Source: Haloquadratum sp. (GTDB taxonomy: Archaea; Halobacteriota; Halobacteria; Halobacteriales; Haloferacaceae). Taken from it: 48,128 nt of DNA. The stretch spans positions 1 to 48,128 of the forward strand of contig JBDGUP010000035.1 of NCBI GenBank assembly GCA_042215815.1, read 5' to 3'. Of the stretch, positions 38,145 through 47,272 are shown in pieces. Positions within the stretch are counted from its first letter, which is position 1, and each line of letters starts with the position of its first letter. Below the pieces are notes generated by a model. That model ran no database searches. It saw only the letters and a program-made list of their open reading frames with translations, and had not been told where the DNA came from. Position numbers and translations under genes: made by a program.

Positions 38145-39398
38145 GTGATCGACTCGCAGGATCGCCGCGTGATCGGTCTCGTCGCCGGGTCGCACTTCGT
38201 GAACCACGCCTACATCGTGATGATAGCGCCCTTCGTGAGCGTGCTCGCGGCGCGGTTCGAGGTGAGCATCGCCGCGATCGGGCTCGCGATCGGCGTCCAG
38301 AACGCGGTCGTGCTCTTCTTGCAGCTACCGATGGGATACCTCTCGGACGCCTACAGCCGGACGTTCGTCCTCTCTGTCTCGCTCGGCGTCGGGACTCTCG
38401 GTGCCGCCCTCACTGCGCTTTCGACCTCCTACGCGTGGCTGCTCGGCGCGCAACTCGTCCTCGGACTCGGCATCGCCGGTCACCATCCGGCACACTATCC
38501 CCTGCTCGCGTCGGTCTCGACCGAGGCGAACCGGGGCCGCGCCTACAGCGCGCACGCCTTCGGCGGCTCGGTCGGGTTCGCCGCACCGTACGCCGTAGCT
38601 GCGGTCGCCACCGCGCTCGGGTACTCGTGGCGTCTCGCCGTGGGTCTCGTCGCGCTCGTCGGCGCGGGCTACGCCGCCTACTGCCTGCACAGCTTCCGGA
38701 GCGTGGACGACGAGATCACGCGGCCGGCGCTGAAAGAGCGCCCGGACGAGCGGCCGACGATCGGCGACGTTCCGGATCGGCTTCGCGGGGGCGTCCGATC
38801 GCTGGCCGCGTCCGGCGGAATCCTCGCACTCACGACGCTGGCGTTCCTGACCTCTGCCGCGGCGTGGGCGATCCGGACCTACACCCCGCGGCTGTTGTCT
38901 GCGGGCTACGGTCTCTCCGACGGGACCGCGAACGCGCTGGTCTCGACGATGCTCGTCGTCGGCGCCGGATCGATACTCCTCGGCGGCGGCCTCACCGATC
39001 GGGTCGGGACCGGCCCGGTCGTCGTCGGGGGATACGGCGTGCTCGTCGTCGTCGCCGCGCTGCTCGCAACGCTCGCACTGCCGCCTGCGGCCCTCGCGAC
39101 CGTACTTCTCTTCAGCGGCAGTATCAGCGTTTCGCGCCCCGCTCGATCGACGCTCGCCGATCACCTCTCGGCGCGGGCCGACCTCGGGACGAACTTCGCG
39201 GTCGTCACGATCGGCATCTCGCTCGGCGGCGTCGTCGCTCCGCCGATGTTCGGCTACCTGATCGATACCGCCGGGCTGGCGGCCTCGTTCGCCCTCGTCG
39301 CGGTACTCGGACTCCTCTCGCTCGGGCTCGGATTCCGGATCGTCCGGGCGGCGTCACTCTCGACTCGGGGGCGCACAGCCGGCGCCGATGGCGATTAG
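38145..39398 (+). CDS. MFS transporter
   Basis: About 12 TM helices, GYLSDAYSR and GLTDRVG motif A; GTG start at 38145 inferred. Confidence 0.85.
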   Translation: MIDSQDRRVIGLVAGSHFVNHAYIVMIAPFVSVLAARFEVSIAAIGLAIGVQNAVVLFLQLPMGYLSDAYSRTFVLSVSLGVGTLGAALTALSTSYAWLLGAQLVLGLGIAGHHPAHYPLLASVSTEANRGRAYSAHAFGGSVGFAAPYAVAAVATALGYSWRLAVGLVALVGAGYAAYCLHSFRSVDDEITRPALKERPDERPTIGDVPDRLRGGVRSLAASGGILALTTLAFLTSAAAWAIRTYTPRLLSAGYGLSDGTANALVSTMLVVGAGSILLGGGLTDRVGTGPVVVGGYGVLVVVAALLATLALPPAALATVLLFSGSISVSRPARSTLADHLSARADLGTNFAVVTIGISLGGVVAPPMFGYLIDTAGLAASFALVAVLGLLSLGLGFRIVRAASLSTRGRTAGADGD

Positions 39399-39607
39399 CG
39401 ATCCGTTCGCCGGGGCGGCGGCCCCATTCCCGCTCTGCGTGGCGAACAGTCGACACCCGCGCTGTGTTCCCGCATTGCAGCGAACGATCCCGCGTCGGTG
39501 TGCCGAACTACCGCTCGCCCACGCGGGACAGTGGTCAGATCACACCGGGGCTGGTACCGTCATCGGATATATATACATCTATCAAGCAGGGGCGGCAAAG
39601 CGGGAGT

Positions 39608-40171
39608 ATGGTCCTTGTCGAGTCCGACTCCGAACTGGCAGACGGCGACGAAGCGCCCGAATTCGAACTCCCGGGCGCAGACGGCGAGACGTACGCACTC
39701 GCTGATTTCGCCGAGTACGACGCTTTGCTCGTCGTCTTCACGTGCAACCACTGTCCCTACGCCGAGGCGAAGGTCGACGAACTCAACCACCTTGCCGACG
39801 CGTACGACGGTCTCGCCGTCGTGGGGATCAATCCGAACGATGCGGCGGAGTACCCGGACGACTCCTTCGAGCGGATGCGAGAGCGGGTCGAAGCGGGCGA
39901 AATCGAGTACACGGCGTACCTCCGCGACGAGTCACAGGATGTCGCCCGGGCCTACGGCGCCGTCTGCACGCCCGATCCGTTCCTCTTCGAGCGGGCAGAC
40001 GACACGTTCCGGCTGGCCTTCCACTCCCGGATCGACGACGCGATGAGCCCCGACGAAGAGCCGGAGCGCTATGAGATGCGCGAAGCGGTCGAAGCGGTCC
40101 TCGACGGCGAGGAGATCCCGATCGACGAGACGCCGTCACAGGGCTGTTCGATCAAGTGGAAAGGCGACTAG
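39608..40171 (+). CDS. AhpC/TSA-like thioredoxin-fold protein
   Basis: APEFELPGADG, FTCNHCPY, YGAVCTPD, QGCSIKW. Confidence 0.88.
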   Translation: MVLVESDSELADGDEAPEFELPGADGETYALADFAEYDALLVVFTCNHCPYAEAKVDELNHLADAYDGLAVVGINPNDAAEYPDDSFERMRERVEAGEIEYTAYLRDESQDVARAYGAVCTPDPFLFERADDTFRLAFHSRIDDAMSPDEEPERYEMREAVEAVLDGEEIPIDETPSQGCSIKWKGD

Positions 40172-40215
40172 GGGGCCGTCCGGTCGAGTGTCTATCCCGG
40201 ATTGGGACCGAATCA

Positions 40216-40294
40216 TAATGACGGTTGTAGTCTCGTAGCGGTGCTCGCCGCCCCGGTGTCGGCGAGCACCGGTACATAGTTACAACCGTCATTA
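40216..40294. mobile_element. Complete palindromic element, subtype 2; right TCA duplicate is the stop codon of the minus-strand gene
   Basis: TCA|TAATGACGGTTGTA...TACAACCGTCATTA|TCA; 14-bp perfect TIR; near-identical core to 9703-9781. Confidence 0.9.
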
Positions 40295-40750
40295 TCACTC
40301 GTCGTCGTCCGACTCGCACAGCGAGTCCGCCCGTTCGAGCGCCGCGCGAGCGTTTTCGACGGCCGCCTCCTTCGAGGCGGGATAGGCCTCGACCTTCGCC
40401 CGGAGCGTGATCCCGTCGCCGCGCCGGACCTCGCCGCGGAACGCCGCCTGCTTGTCGAGTCGCAAGAAGAGCTCGGTGTTCTCGGTGACGCGCTCGTCGA
40501 GTTCGTCGAGGAGCGTCTCGAAGTTCGGGAGTTCGGACAGCGCCGAGAGGACATACCGGATGCCGTCGGCGTTCTCGACGCGGGCAGAAAAGACGATGAT
40601 CCGATCGCCGTGGTGTCCTTCGCTCTCGGCTCTCGTCACCTCGAAGTCCTCGGGGAGAAACGTCCGGAGCGCGCTCTCGACTCGCTTTGTGTCTTCGGTC
40701 TCATAGCAGAAGGTGCGGAGATCGACGTAGTGAAACGGAATTCGGGGCAT
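40295..40750 (-). CDS. Archaeal RNA-binding protein (DUF54-like, YETED / LRLDKQAA type)
   Basis: FCYETED.KRV..AL, EGHHGDRI, LRLDKQAAF, KVEAYP motifs. Confidence 0.75.
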   Translation of the reverse strand: MPRIPFHYVDLRTFCYETEDTKRVESALRTFLPEDFEVTRAESEGHHGDRIIVFSARVENADGIRYVLSALSELPNFETLLDELDERVTENTELFLRLDKQAAFRGEVRRGDGITLRAKVEAYPASKEAAVENARAALERADSLCESDDDE

Positions 40751-40799
40751 TAGTGTGGCTTCTGTCCGCGAAGGGAAAAACCCACTCAGCTCATATTGA

Positions 40800-41000
40800 T
40801 CACTCGTCGGCGCTGTCGGCCTCGTCCGCGGGTTCGAGCTGATCGGCCGAGATGCCGACCTCCTGGCCGTCCTCGAAGCTCACGGTGTAGGTCGCATCGC
40901 CGAACATCGTCTCGACGACCTGCGTGATCGTGCCGACCTCGCCGTCGAAGTCGCTGTGCTTGTCGTGCAGTACCACGCTGTCGTCTTCTTCGAACTCCAT
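40800..41000 (-). CDS. Small acidic SH3/KOW-like protein (DUF1918-like)
   Basis: 66 aa; FEEDDSVVLHD...GEVGTI...YTVSFEDG. Confidence 0.65.
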   Translation of the reverse strand: MEFEEDDSVVLHDKHSDFDGEVGTITQVVETMFGDATYTVSFEDGQEVGISADQLEPADEADSADE

Positions 41001-41110
41001 ACCGGAGAGGGACACGCAGCGGTGAAAAGTCGACTGGTTCGTATGTCGCGGTCGGAGCCGGCGCTCTCCGCATAGCCGGGTATATATGCCGCCGCGCCGT
41101 TCGGCTCGAT

Positions 41111-41773
41111 ATGCAGACCACTCGACGATCGTATCTCGCGACGCTCGGTGGGGCGGTTACACTCGGTGCGACGGCCGGCTGTCTCGGCGGCTCCAGCGGT
41201 CCGCTGGCAGACTGCGACGTGGGGCAACTCCAGACGGTCTCGTCGCTGCCGCGCCCGGCGCTCGGCGCTACCGATGCGCCTGTCACGGTCGACGTCTTCG
41301 AAGACTACGCCTGCCCCCACTGTCGGGAGTTCACAGAGCGCGTCTATCCGAAGATCGAATCGAACTACGTCGACGCCGGCGACGTCCGCTACCGGTTCTT
41401 CGACTTCCCGATCCCGGTGAGCGACTGGTCGTGGCTCGCGGCGTCCGCGGCTCGCGCCGTCCAGGACAGGACCGACGCCGAGACGTTCTTCGCCTTCGGC
41501 AAGCGCGTCTACGCCAATCAGGACCGGTTGAGCGACGAAGGATTCCAGGTCGTCCACGACATCGCCGCCGACCTGGGCGTTGAGGGGTGCACCGTCGCGG
41601 CGGCCGCCGAACAGGAGTCCTACCGTCCGGTCGTCGAAGCAGACCGGCAGCGCGGCATCCAGCGCGGCGTCTCCGGCACACCGGCCGTCTTCGTCGACGG
41701 ACAGTTGCTCGACCGATACGGGTGGGAAACCGTCAGCAGCGCGATCGACCAACGGCTCGACAGCTCCGCCTGA
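41111..41773 (+). CDS. DsbA-like Tat lipoprotein
   Basis: TRRSYL and TAGC lipobox; FEDYACPHC; GVSGTP cis-Pro loop. Confidence 0.9.
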   Translation: MQTTRRSYLATLGGAVTLGATAGCLGGSSGPLADCDVGQLQTVSSLPRPALGATDAPVTVDVFEDYACPHCREFTERVYPKIESNYVDAGDVRYRFFDFPIPVSDWSWLAASAARAVQDRTDAETFFAFGKRVYANQDRLSDEGFQVVHDIAADLGVEGCTVAAAAEQESYRPVVEADRQRGIQRGVSGTPAVFVDGQLLDRYGWETVSSAIDQRLDSSA

Positions 41774-41837
41774 ACCGGCGAGATAGCGGAGACTTGGAAG
41801 CGACGCAGATATCTGCCCGGGGGGCCAGTCACGACGT

Positions 41838-43025
41838 GTGACCCGTCGCGAGACCCGAATCCGACTCGCCGTCGGCGTCTGGGGCGTCCTCGTCTCGCAG
41901 GTATTCCTGTATCCGGGCGTCGAAGACATCGTGGTCGCACTCGGCAGTTCGGGTACCATCCGCGCGGGGATGTGGTTCCTCGTCGCCGAGTTCGCCGCCT
42001 TCGTCGCCTTCGCCAGCGTCTGGGGCGCCGCCAGCGACGCTCTCGGTCGGCGGATGCCGCTGGCGGCGGCCGGCGCTCTCGGGGGCGCGGCGAGCTATCT
42101 CGGGTTGGCTCTCTCTCCCGCGCTTGGGGTGTCTTTCGCGGGCGTGCTCGTCCTCCGGCTCCTCGGCGGTGCCGCGACGATCGGCGCGTTCTCGCTCGCG
42201 ATCGCGTCGCTCGCAGATCTCGCGGGGGGGAACGGGCGCAATATGGGTGCGGCCGGCATCGCGATCGGGCTCGGGGCAGCGCTCGGCTCGGTCGTCGGCG
42301 GCAGGCTCGCCGACGCGGATCCGCTCTATCCGCTGTATGCGGCCGCGGCGGTGCTCGTCGCGGTCGCGGTGCTGTTTCTCACGGTCCGCGAGGAACTCCC
42401 CGGCGGCGAACGGCTCCGCGTCGGCGACGCACTCTCCAGACTCCGGCAGCGTCCGGCGCTCTTCGTCCCCTACGCGTTCGGCTTCATCGATCGGATGACG
42501 GCCGGTTTCTTCGCGCTGGTCGGCGTCTACTACTTCCGAGACGCCTTCGGGCTCGACGCGACGGGGGCGGGACTCGCCCTCGCTGCCTTCTTCGTTCCCT
42601 TCGCCGTACTGCAGTATCCGGCCGGCGTCCTCTCGGATCGGATCGGCCGGGCCGTCCCCGTGGTGGTCGGCTCGCTCTGCTTCGGTCTCGGTATCGTCGC
42701 CGTCGGTGTGGCTCCCGGCGTCGGTCTCGCCGTCGCTGCGATGGTCGCTGTCGGGGCGCTGGGGGCTCTCGTCGCCCCCGCGACGATGGCGCTCGTGACA
42801 GACGTCGCGTCGCCGGAGACCAGGGGAGCCGCCCTCGGGGGGTTCAACGTGTTCGGGAGCCTGGGCTTTCTGGTCGGGTTCGTCCTGGGTGGCGTGACAA
42901 CGGCCTCTGCAGGCTATCTCGCGGCGTTCCTCGTCGTCGGTCTCTCGGAGGTCGCGATCGCAATCGTCGCCGCCCGGTCGGTCTGGCGGATCGCCGCCCG
43001 CAGCGATCGGGCGCGGGTCGGCTAG
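41838..43025 (+). CDS. MFS transporter
   Basis: About 12 TM helices; GAASDALGRR and GVLSDRIGR. Confidence 0.88.
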   Translation: MTRRETRIRLAVGVWGVLVSQVFLYPGVEDIVVALGSSGTIRAGMWFLVAEFAAFVAFASVWGAASDALGRRMPLAAAGALGGAASYLGLALSPALGVSFAGVLVLRLLGGAATIGAFSLAIASLADLAGGNGRNMGAAGIAIGLGAALGSVVGGRLADADPLYPLYAAAAVLVAVAVLFLTVREELPGGERLRVGDALSRLRQRPALFVPYAFGFIDRMTAGFFALVGVYYFRDAFGLDATGAGLALAAFFVPFAVLQYPAGVLSDRIGRAVPVVVGSLCFGLGIVAVGVAPGVGLAVAAMVAVGALGALVAPATMALVTDVASPETRGAALGGFNVFGSLGFLVGFVLGGVTTASAGYLAAFLVVGLSEVAIAIVAARSVWRIAARSDRARVG

Positions 43026-43037
43026 GGAGAACGCCCG

Positions 43038-44015
43038 CTATTCGTGTCCCGAGACGGGGACTGGTCGGTAGGGTTCTTCTAGGTACTCGACTTCCGAGTC
43101 CGAGAGGTCGATCGAGAGCGCTTCGACCGCGTCTTCGAGGTGTTCGACGCTCGTGGTGCCGACGATCGGCGCGTCGACGGTGTCTTTGGAGAACAGCCAC
43201 GCGAGACCGATCTGTGCCATCTTCACGCCTTTCTCGTCGGCGAGTTCCTGCACGCGCTCGTTGATCTCACGGCCGCCGCCGTCGAGATACGGGTGTTCGC
43301 GCGCGTAATCGTCGGTCTCGCCCCGGGTCGTCGCCTCGACGGCGTCGTGGGGGCGCGCCAGTCGCCCCCGGGCCAGCGGCGACCACGGCATCACCCCGAT
43401 ATCCTGCTTGTCACACAGCGGCAGCATCTCGCGCTCTTCCTCGCGGTACAGCAGGTTGTAGTGGTTCTGCATCGTCGCGAACGGCGTCAGCCCTCGACGC
43501 TCGGCGACGTGCTGGGCTTCGGCGAACTGGTGGGCCCACATCGACGACGCGCCGACGTATCGCGTCTTGTCCCGACGCACCGCCGCATCGAGCGCGCGCA
43601 TCGTCTCTTCGATCGGCGTGTCGTAGTCCCAGCGGTGGATCTGCAGGAGGTCCAGCGTCTCCATCCCGAGCCGATCCAGCGAGTTGTCGAGTTCCTGCCC
43701 GATCGCCTTCCGCGAGAGACCGCCGGAGTTCGGATCGTCCTCGTCCATCTGGAAGAAGACCTTCGAGGCGACGACGAACTCGTCGCGGTCGTACTCGGAG
43801 AGCGCATCGCCGAGCACGCGCTCTGAACCCCCGTTCGAGTACATATTCGCGGTGTCGAAGAAGTTCACGCCCAGTTCGATCGCGCGGTCGACCAGTTCCC
43901 GCCCCCCCGCCTCGTCGAGCACCCACTCCCGCCAGTCCGTGTCGCCGAAACTCATACACCCCAGACAGATCTTCGAGACCGTTACACCCGTGCTCCCGAG
44001 GGTCGTATACTCCAT
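43038..44015 (-). CDS. Aldo/keto reductase
   Basis: LGCMSFG, FFDTANMYSNG, ASK, LQIHRWD, QNHYNL, PWSPLARG. Confidence 0.95.
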   Translation of the reverse strand: MEYTTLGSTGVTVSKICLGCMSFGDTDWREWVLDEAGGRELVDRAIELGVNFFDTANMYSNGGSERVLGDALSEYDRDEFVVASKVFFQMDEDDPNSGGLSRKAIGQELDNSLDRLGMETLDLLQIHRWDYDTPIEETMRALDAAVRRDKTRYVGASSMWAHQFAEAQHVAERRGLTPFATMQNHYNLLYREEEREMLPLCDKQDIGVMPWSPLARGRLARPHDAVEATTRGETDDYAREHPYLDGGGREINERVQELADEKGVKMAQIGLAWLFSKDTVDAPIVGTTSVEHLEDAVEALSIDLSDSEVEYLEEPYRPVPVSGHE

Positions 44016-44102
44016 AGCGGCTACACGCTCTGAGAGGGGAAAAAGCCACCCGGGAACCCGGGCACCCGGCCAGTCTCGGACCCCAAGGCGGAGTACACGT
44101 AA

Positions 44103-44204
44103 TACTGTCGGACAGACGTTCGTGAATCAGTTCGGCACCTCAGAGGGTGCCGAGACGCTTCACATCGTTCTGTCCGACAGTCTAAGAGACTACAACCGCC
44201 ATTA
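44103..44204. mobile_element. Complete subtype-4 element (44103-44182, TAA duplicated) abutting the right end of a subtype-2 element (44186-44204)
   Basis: TAA|TACTGTCGGACAGA...TCTGTCCGACAGTC|TAA; inner stem TCGGCACC/GGTGCCGA; then GAGACTACAACCGCCATTA. Confidence 0.85.
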
Positions 44205-44308
44205 TAGGAGATCGACGGCGCCGACGGCACGGCGTAGCCGAGCCGTGCCGAGGCGTTCGTCTGCGGAATCCACACACCTTCTTCATCCCCCGCCGCGTTC
44301 GGACCGGT

Positions 44309-45118
44309 ATGTATCTCGCAGACCGGACGTGGCCCGAACTCGGAGACTACGTCGCCGAGGAGTCGGTCGCGATCGTCCCGCTCGGCTCCACAGAGCAGCA
44401 CGGCCCGCATCTGCCGCTCGCGACGGACCACCTCATCGCCGAGGGGTTGGCCCGGGAGGCCGCCGACCGCACGGGCTACCTCTGTACGCCCACGATCGAC
44501 GTCGGCGTCAGCTCCCATCACCGCCAGTTCCACGGGACGATGTGGGTCGACCCGCCGGCGTTCCGCGACTACGTCGAGTCGTTCACGCGGAACCTCGCGT
44601 ACCACGGGATCGATCGGGTGGTGTATGTCAACGCCCACGGCGGCAACGTCGAGCATCTCCGGGAAGTCGGGCGGCGCCTCCGCGACGACGACGCGCTGTA
44701 TGCGATCGAGTGGATGTGGAACGAGTCCATCCCCGAACTCGTCGACGAGGCCTTCGAGTACAACGGACCCCACGGCGGACCGAAGGAGACGGCGATGATC
44801 CAGCATCTCGCGCCGGAGTTGGTGCGCGAGGACGAACTCGCCGCCGCCCGCGACGGCGGTGTTCGCGACGTCGACGCCGCAGACCACCTCCGGACGCACG
44901 GCGCGCGGACCTTCTACGACGCCGTCGAGAACTCCGACAACGGCGTGTTCGGCGACCAGACCGACGCGACCCCCGAGATCGGCGAACGGCTGTTCGAGGC
45001 CGCGGCCGACCAGCTCGTAGGGCTGCTCGAGTGGCTCGACGACCAGCGGATCGAAGACCTGCTGGCGCCGGCACACGTCGATCCGCAACCGGGGAGCCGG
45101 CGCGACGAGGGGCGCTGA
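44309..45118 (+). CDS. Creatininase/amidohydrolase family protein
   Basis: PLGSTEQHGPHLPLATD, VNAHGGN, HGGPKET. Confidence 0.9.
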   Translation: MYLADRTWPELGDYVAEESVAIVPLGSTEQHGPHLPLATDHLIAEGLAREAADRTGYLCTPTIDVGVSSHHRQFHGTMWVDPPAFRDYVESFTRNLAYHGIDRVVYVNAHGGNVEHLREVGRRLRDDDALYAIEWMWNESIPELVDEAFEYNGPHGGPKETAMIQHLAPELVREDELAAARDGGVRDVDAADHLRTHGARTFYDAVENSDNGVFGDQTDATPEIGERLFEAAADQLVGLLEWLDDQRIEDLLAPAHVDPQPGSRRDEGR

Positions 45119-45154
45119 CGGCGCTCGGGCCGGCGATGGGGGCGACGGCGCTGA

Positions 45155-45346
45155 TAATTAGTCTCATAATGACGGTTGTAACTATACTCGCGGACGAAAC
45201 CGTTGATACGCTCGTACCCCCTCCGGGGGATTCCCAGGCGTATCAGGACGTTCGTCCGACAGTTAATGACTAGTCTCGTCTCTTACCGGTGATCGCCGTG
45301 ACCGTGGGTGGCGATCACCGGCAAACAGTGAGACTAGTCATCATTA
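45155..45346. mobile_element. Stack of four palindromic elements or fragments (subtypes 3, 2, 4, 3)
   Basis: 45155-45165 subtype-3 end; 45167-45184 subtype-2 end; 45185-45263 near-complete subtype 4; 45264-45346 complete subtype 3. Confidence 0.8.
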
Positions 45347-45984
45347 AAAGAGGGCGCCGAGTCCGAATCGCCGAGATCGCCCGGGTCGCCGTCCGAGAAG
45401 GACGCCGCCTCGTCGGGATCGCCGCCCGGGAACGAGGCGAACGCGTCGCGGAAGTCGTCGTCGCTCAGCTCTGTGAGGGTGTCGTCGAGATCCATCCGGA
45501 GTTCTTCCATTCTGGCTGTGAGTTCTGCGTACTCGTCGAGTTCCTCGACGGAGATGTCGGGCGCAGATTCGAGCGCGGCCTTCTTCGAGGCCAGTTGGAA
45601 GAACTCCTGGGACCGCTCGTCGTAGTCGGCCCGGCGGAGCAACACGTCGACGAGTCCGTGGAGGTCCTCGCGCGTGACGGGCTTGACGAGGTAATCGTCG
45701 AAGGGCATATCCATAATGTCGGCGTCGGGTTCGACGGCCGTGATCATCGCGACCCGGCAGTCGATGCCGCGGTCGCGGATCTCGTCGAGGACCTCGTCGC
45801 CGGTCATCCCCGGCATCCGCCGGTCGAGGAGGACGACGTCAGTCTCGTCGTCGACGAGTTCGAGTGCCGTCTCGCCGTCCGTGGCTGTCTGGACCTCGTA
45901 GGAATCCGAGAGGTAGATGGCATAGAGTTCTGCCAGATCGCTCTCGTCTTCGACGACGAGAATCTGGGTCGTGTCGTCGTCCAT
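45334..45984 (-). CDS. Response regulator receiver + HalX domain protein
   Basis: ILVVEDE, VLLDRRMP (phospho-Asp), ITAV, YLVKP; HalX-like FFQLASKKAALE. Confidence 0.9.
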   Translation of the reverse strand: MDDDTTQILVVEDESDLAELYAIYLSDSYEVQTATDGETALELVDDETDVVLLDRRMPGMTGDEVLDEIRDRGIDCRVAMITAVEPDADIMDMPFDDYLVKPVTREDLHGLVDVLLRRADYDERSQEFFQLASKKAALESAPDISVEELDEYAELTARMEELRMDLDDTLTELSDDDFRDAFASFPGGDPDEAASFSDGDPGDLGDSDSAPSFNDD

Positions 45985-46158
45985 AGCGGTTCGTTTCGAT
46001 CCGTCGACTGCCGATGTCTAAATCCTTGCCCTCCCGTTATCAAGGCTGAAACCGAGGCGCCCACGAGCGCGAGACGATCCGCTCGCCGGGTGAGAAATGA
46101 AAACCGTGGGAAGAATCGACGGAATCGCCGACCGCAGTACCGCTATCGTGTTGCGTTC

Positions 46159-46353
46159 TTACAGACGTTGGAGGTTCGTCGCGCGCGGGCCCTTCTCGGC
46201 CTGCTCGATCTCGAATTCGACCTCCTGTCCCTCTTCGAGGTCCGGACCGCCGACGTCTTCCATATGGAAGAAGACGTCCTCGTCGGAGTCTTCCGTCTCG
46301 ATGAAACCGTAACCGCCTGTGTCGTTGAAGAACGCAACCGTTCCAGTCGCCAT
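46159..46353 (-). CDS. cspA: Cold-shock protein
   Basis: [18 protein letters not shown] (RNP1), DVFFHM (RNP2), KGPRATN; 64 aa. Confidence 0.93.
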   Translation of the reverse strand: MATGTVAFFNDTGGYGFIETEDSDEDVFFHMEDVGGPDLEEGQEVEFEIEQAEKGPRATNLQRL

Positions 46354-46508
46354 TGCGTTCGTATCCACGAGAAGGTGACAGATAAGCCTTGTGCCCCGAG
46401 TTCCGATACCGCCGATACTATAAGGGTCTTCGAGTCCATAGAAGAGACGATAGGGAGCCGCCGGATCACGCGGGCGGTCCGGGCGGCTGTCTGCCGGGAA
46501 GAAAGCCA

Positions 46509-47177
46509 ATGTCGATCACAGCAAAGGTCCACATCAAACACGAACGTCTCGCGCTCATCCCCACGCTTCGGGCGCTGAACGGTGTCGACATTCAGGTCAT
46601 CACCCAGGGGACGACAGATCCGGGATCGACGAACTTTCCGTTTCTCATCGAGTACGACGACCGAGAGGAACTGGAGGCAGCCCTCGACGCCGACGTCACC
46701 GTCGAATCCTACGAACCCGTCGACCGCGCGGGCGAGACCGCTATCTACTACATCGAACACACGCCGGAGACCAGGCTGATAAGCGGCGTCGTCACAGAGC
46801 AGAACGGGTTCCTGATGAACACGGAGACCAAAGACGGCGGCTGGATGGTCCACCTGTTGCTCCCCGACCGCGAGGCGCTCAACGCGGTCTGGGAGTACGC
46901 GACCGACCACGACATCGAACTGGACATCGTCGAGATCTACAGCAACGAAGACGCCGACGGACGGTCCTCGTACGGGCTGACGGACGAACAGCGCGAGGCG
47001 CTCCAACTCGCGTTCGCCGAGGGGTACTTCAGCGAACCCCGCGACATCTCGCTCAACGAGGTCGCCGATCGGATGGGTCTCTCGTCGACCGCGATGAGCG
47101 GCCGACTGCGCCGGGGGATGCGGAACCTCATCTCCGCGACGATCGGCGAGCGGGACCACAAGCGAACGCGGCGGTGA
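46509..47177 (+). CDS. HTH_10 (bacterio-opsin activator-type) DNA-binding protein
   Basis: [48 protein letters not shown]. Confidence 0.9.
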   Translation: MSITAKVHIKHERLALIPTLRALNGVDIQVITQGTTDPGSTNFPFLIEYDDREELEAALDADVTVESYEPVDRAGETAIYYIEHTPETRLISGVVTEQNGFLMNTETKDGGWMVHLLLPDREALNAVWEYATDHDIELDIVEIYSNEDADGRSSYGLTDEQREALQLAFAEGYFSEPRDISLNEVADRMGLSSTAMSGRLRRGMRNLISATIGERDHKRTRR

Positions 47178-47179
47178 TA

Positions 47180-47272
47180 TACTGTCGGACAGAACTATGT
47201 GATGAGGGGAGTCGAGCCGCCGAGCGCCACCCCCGGTGACGGCGATCAGCAGAGAGACGAGAGTAATCAGTA
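47180..47272. mobile_element. Composite element: subtype-4 left end plus subtype-3-like right end, between two convergent stop codons
   Basis: TACTGTCGGACAGAACTATGTGA at 47180; ...GAGAGACGAGAGTAATCAGTA|TCA, where TCA is the MOSC gene stop. Confidence 0.65.

Noticed and set aside
39400-39600. 200-bp gap between the MFS and thioredoxin-fold genes as another repeat copy
   Set aside because: No TA(C/A)TG termini or long stem found; contains only a TATA-like run consistent with a promoter
40213-40554. Small ORFs with recurring peptides such as DNDGCN / MTVVT (also near 9700 and 45170)
   Set aside because: Translation artefacts of the subtype-2 DNA repeat; no evidence of a peptide family
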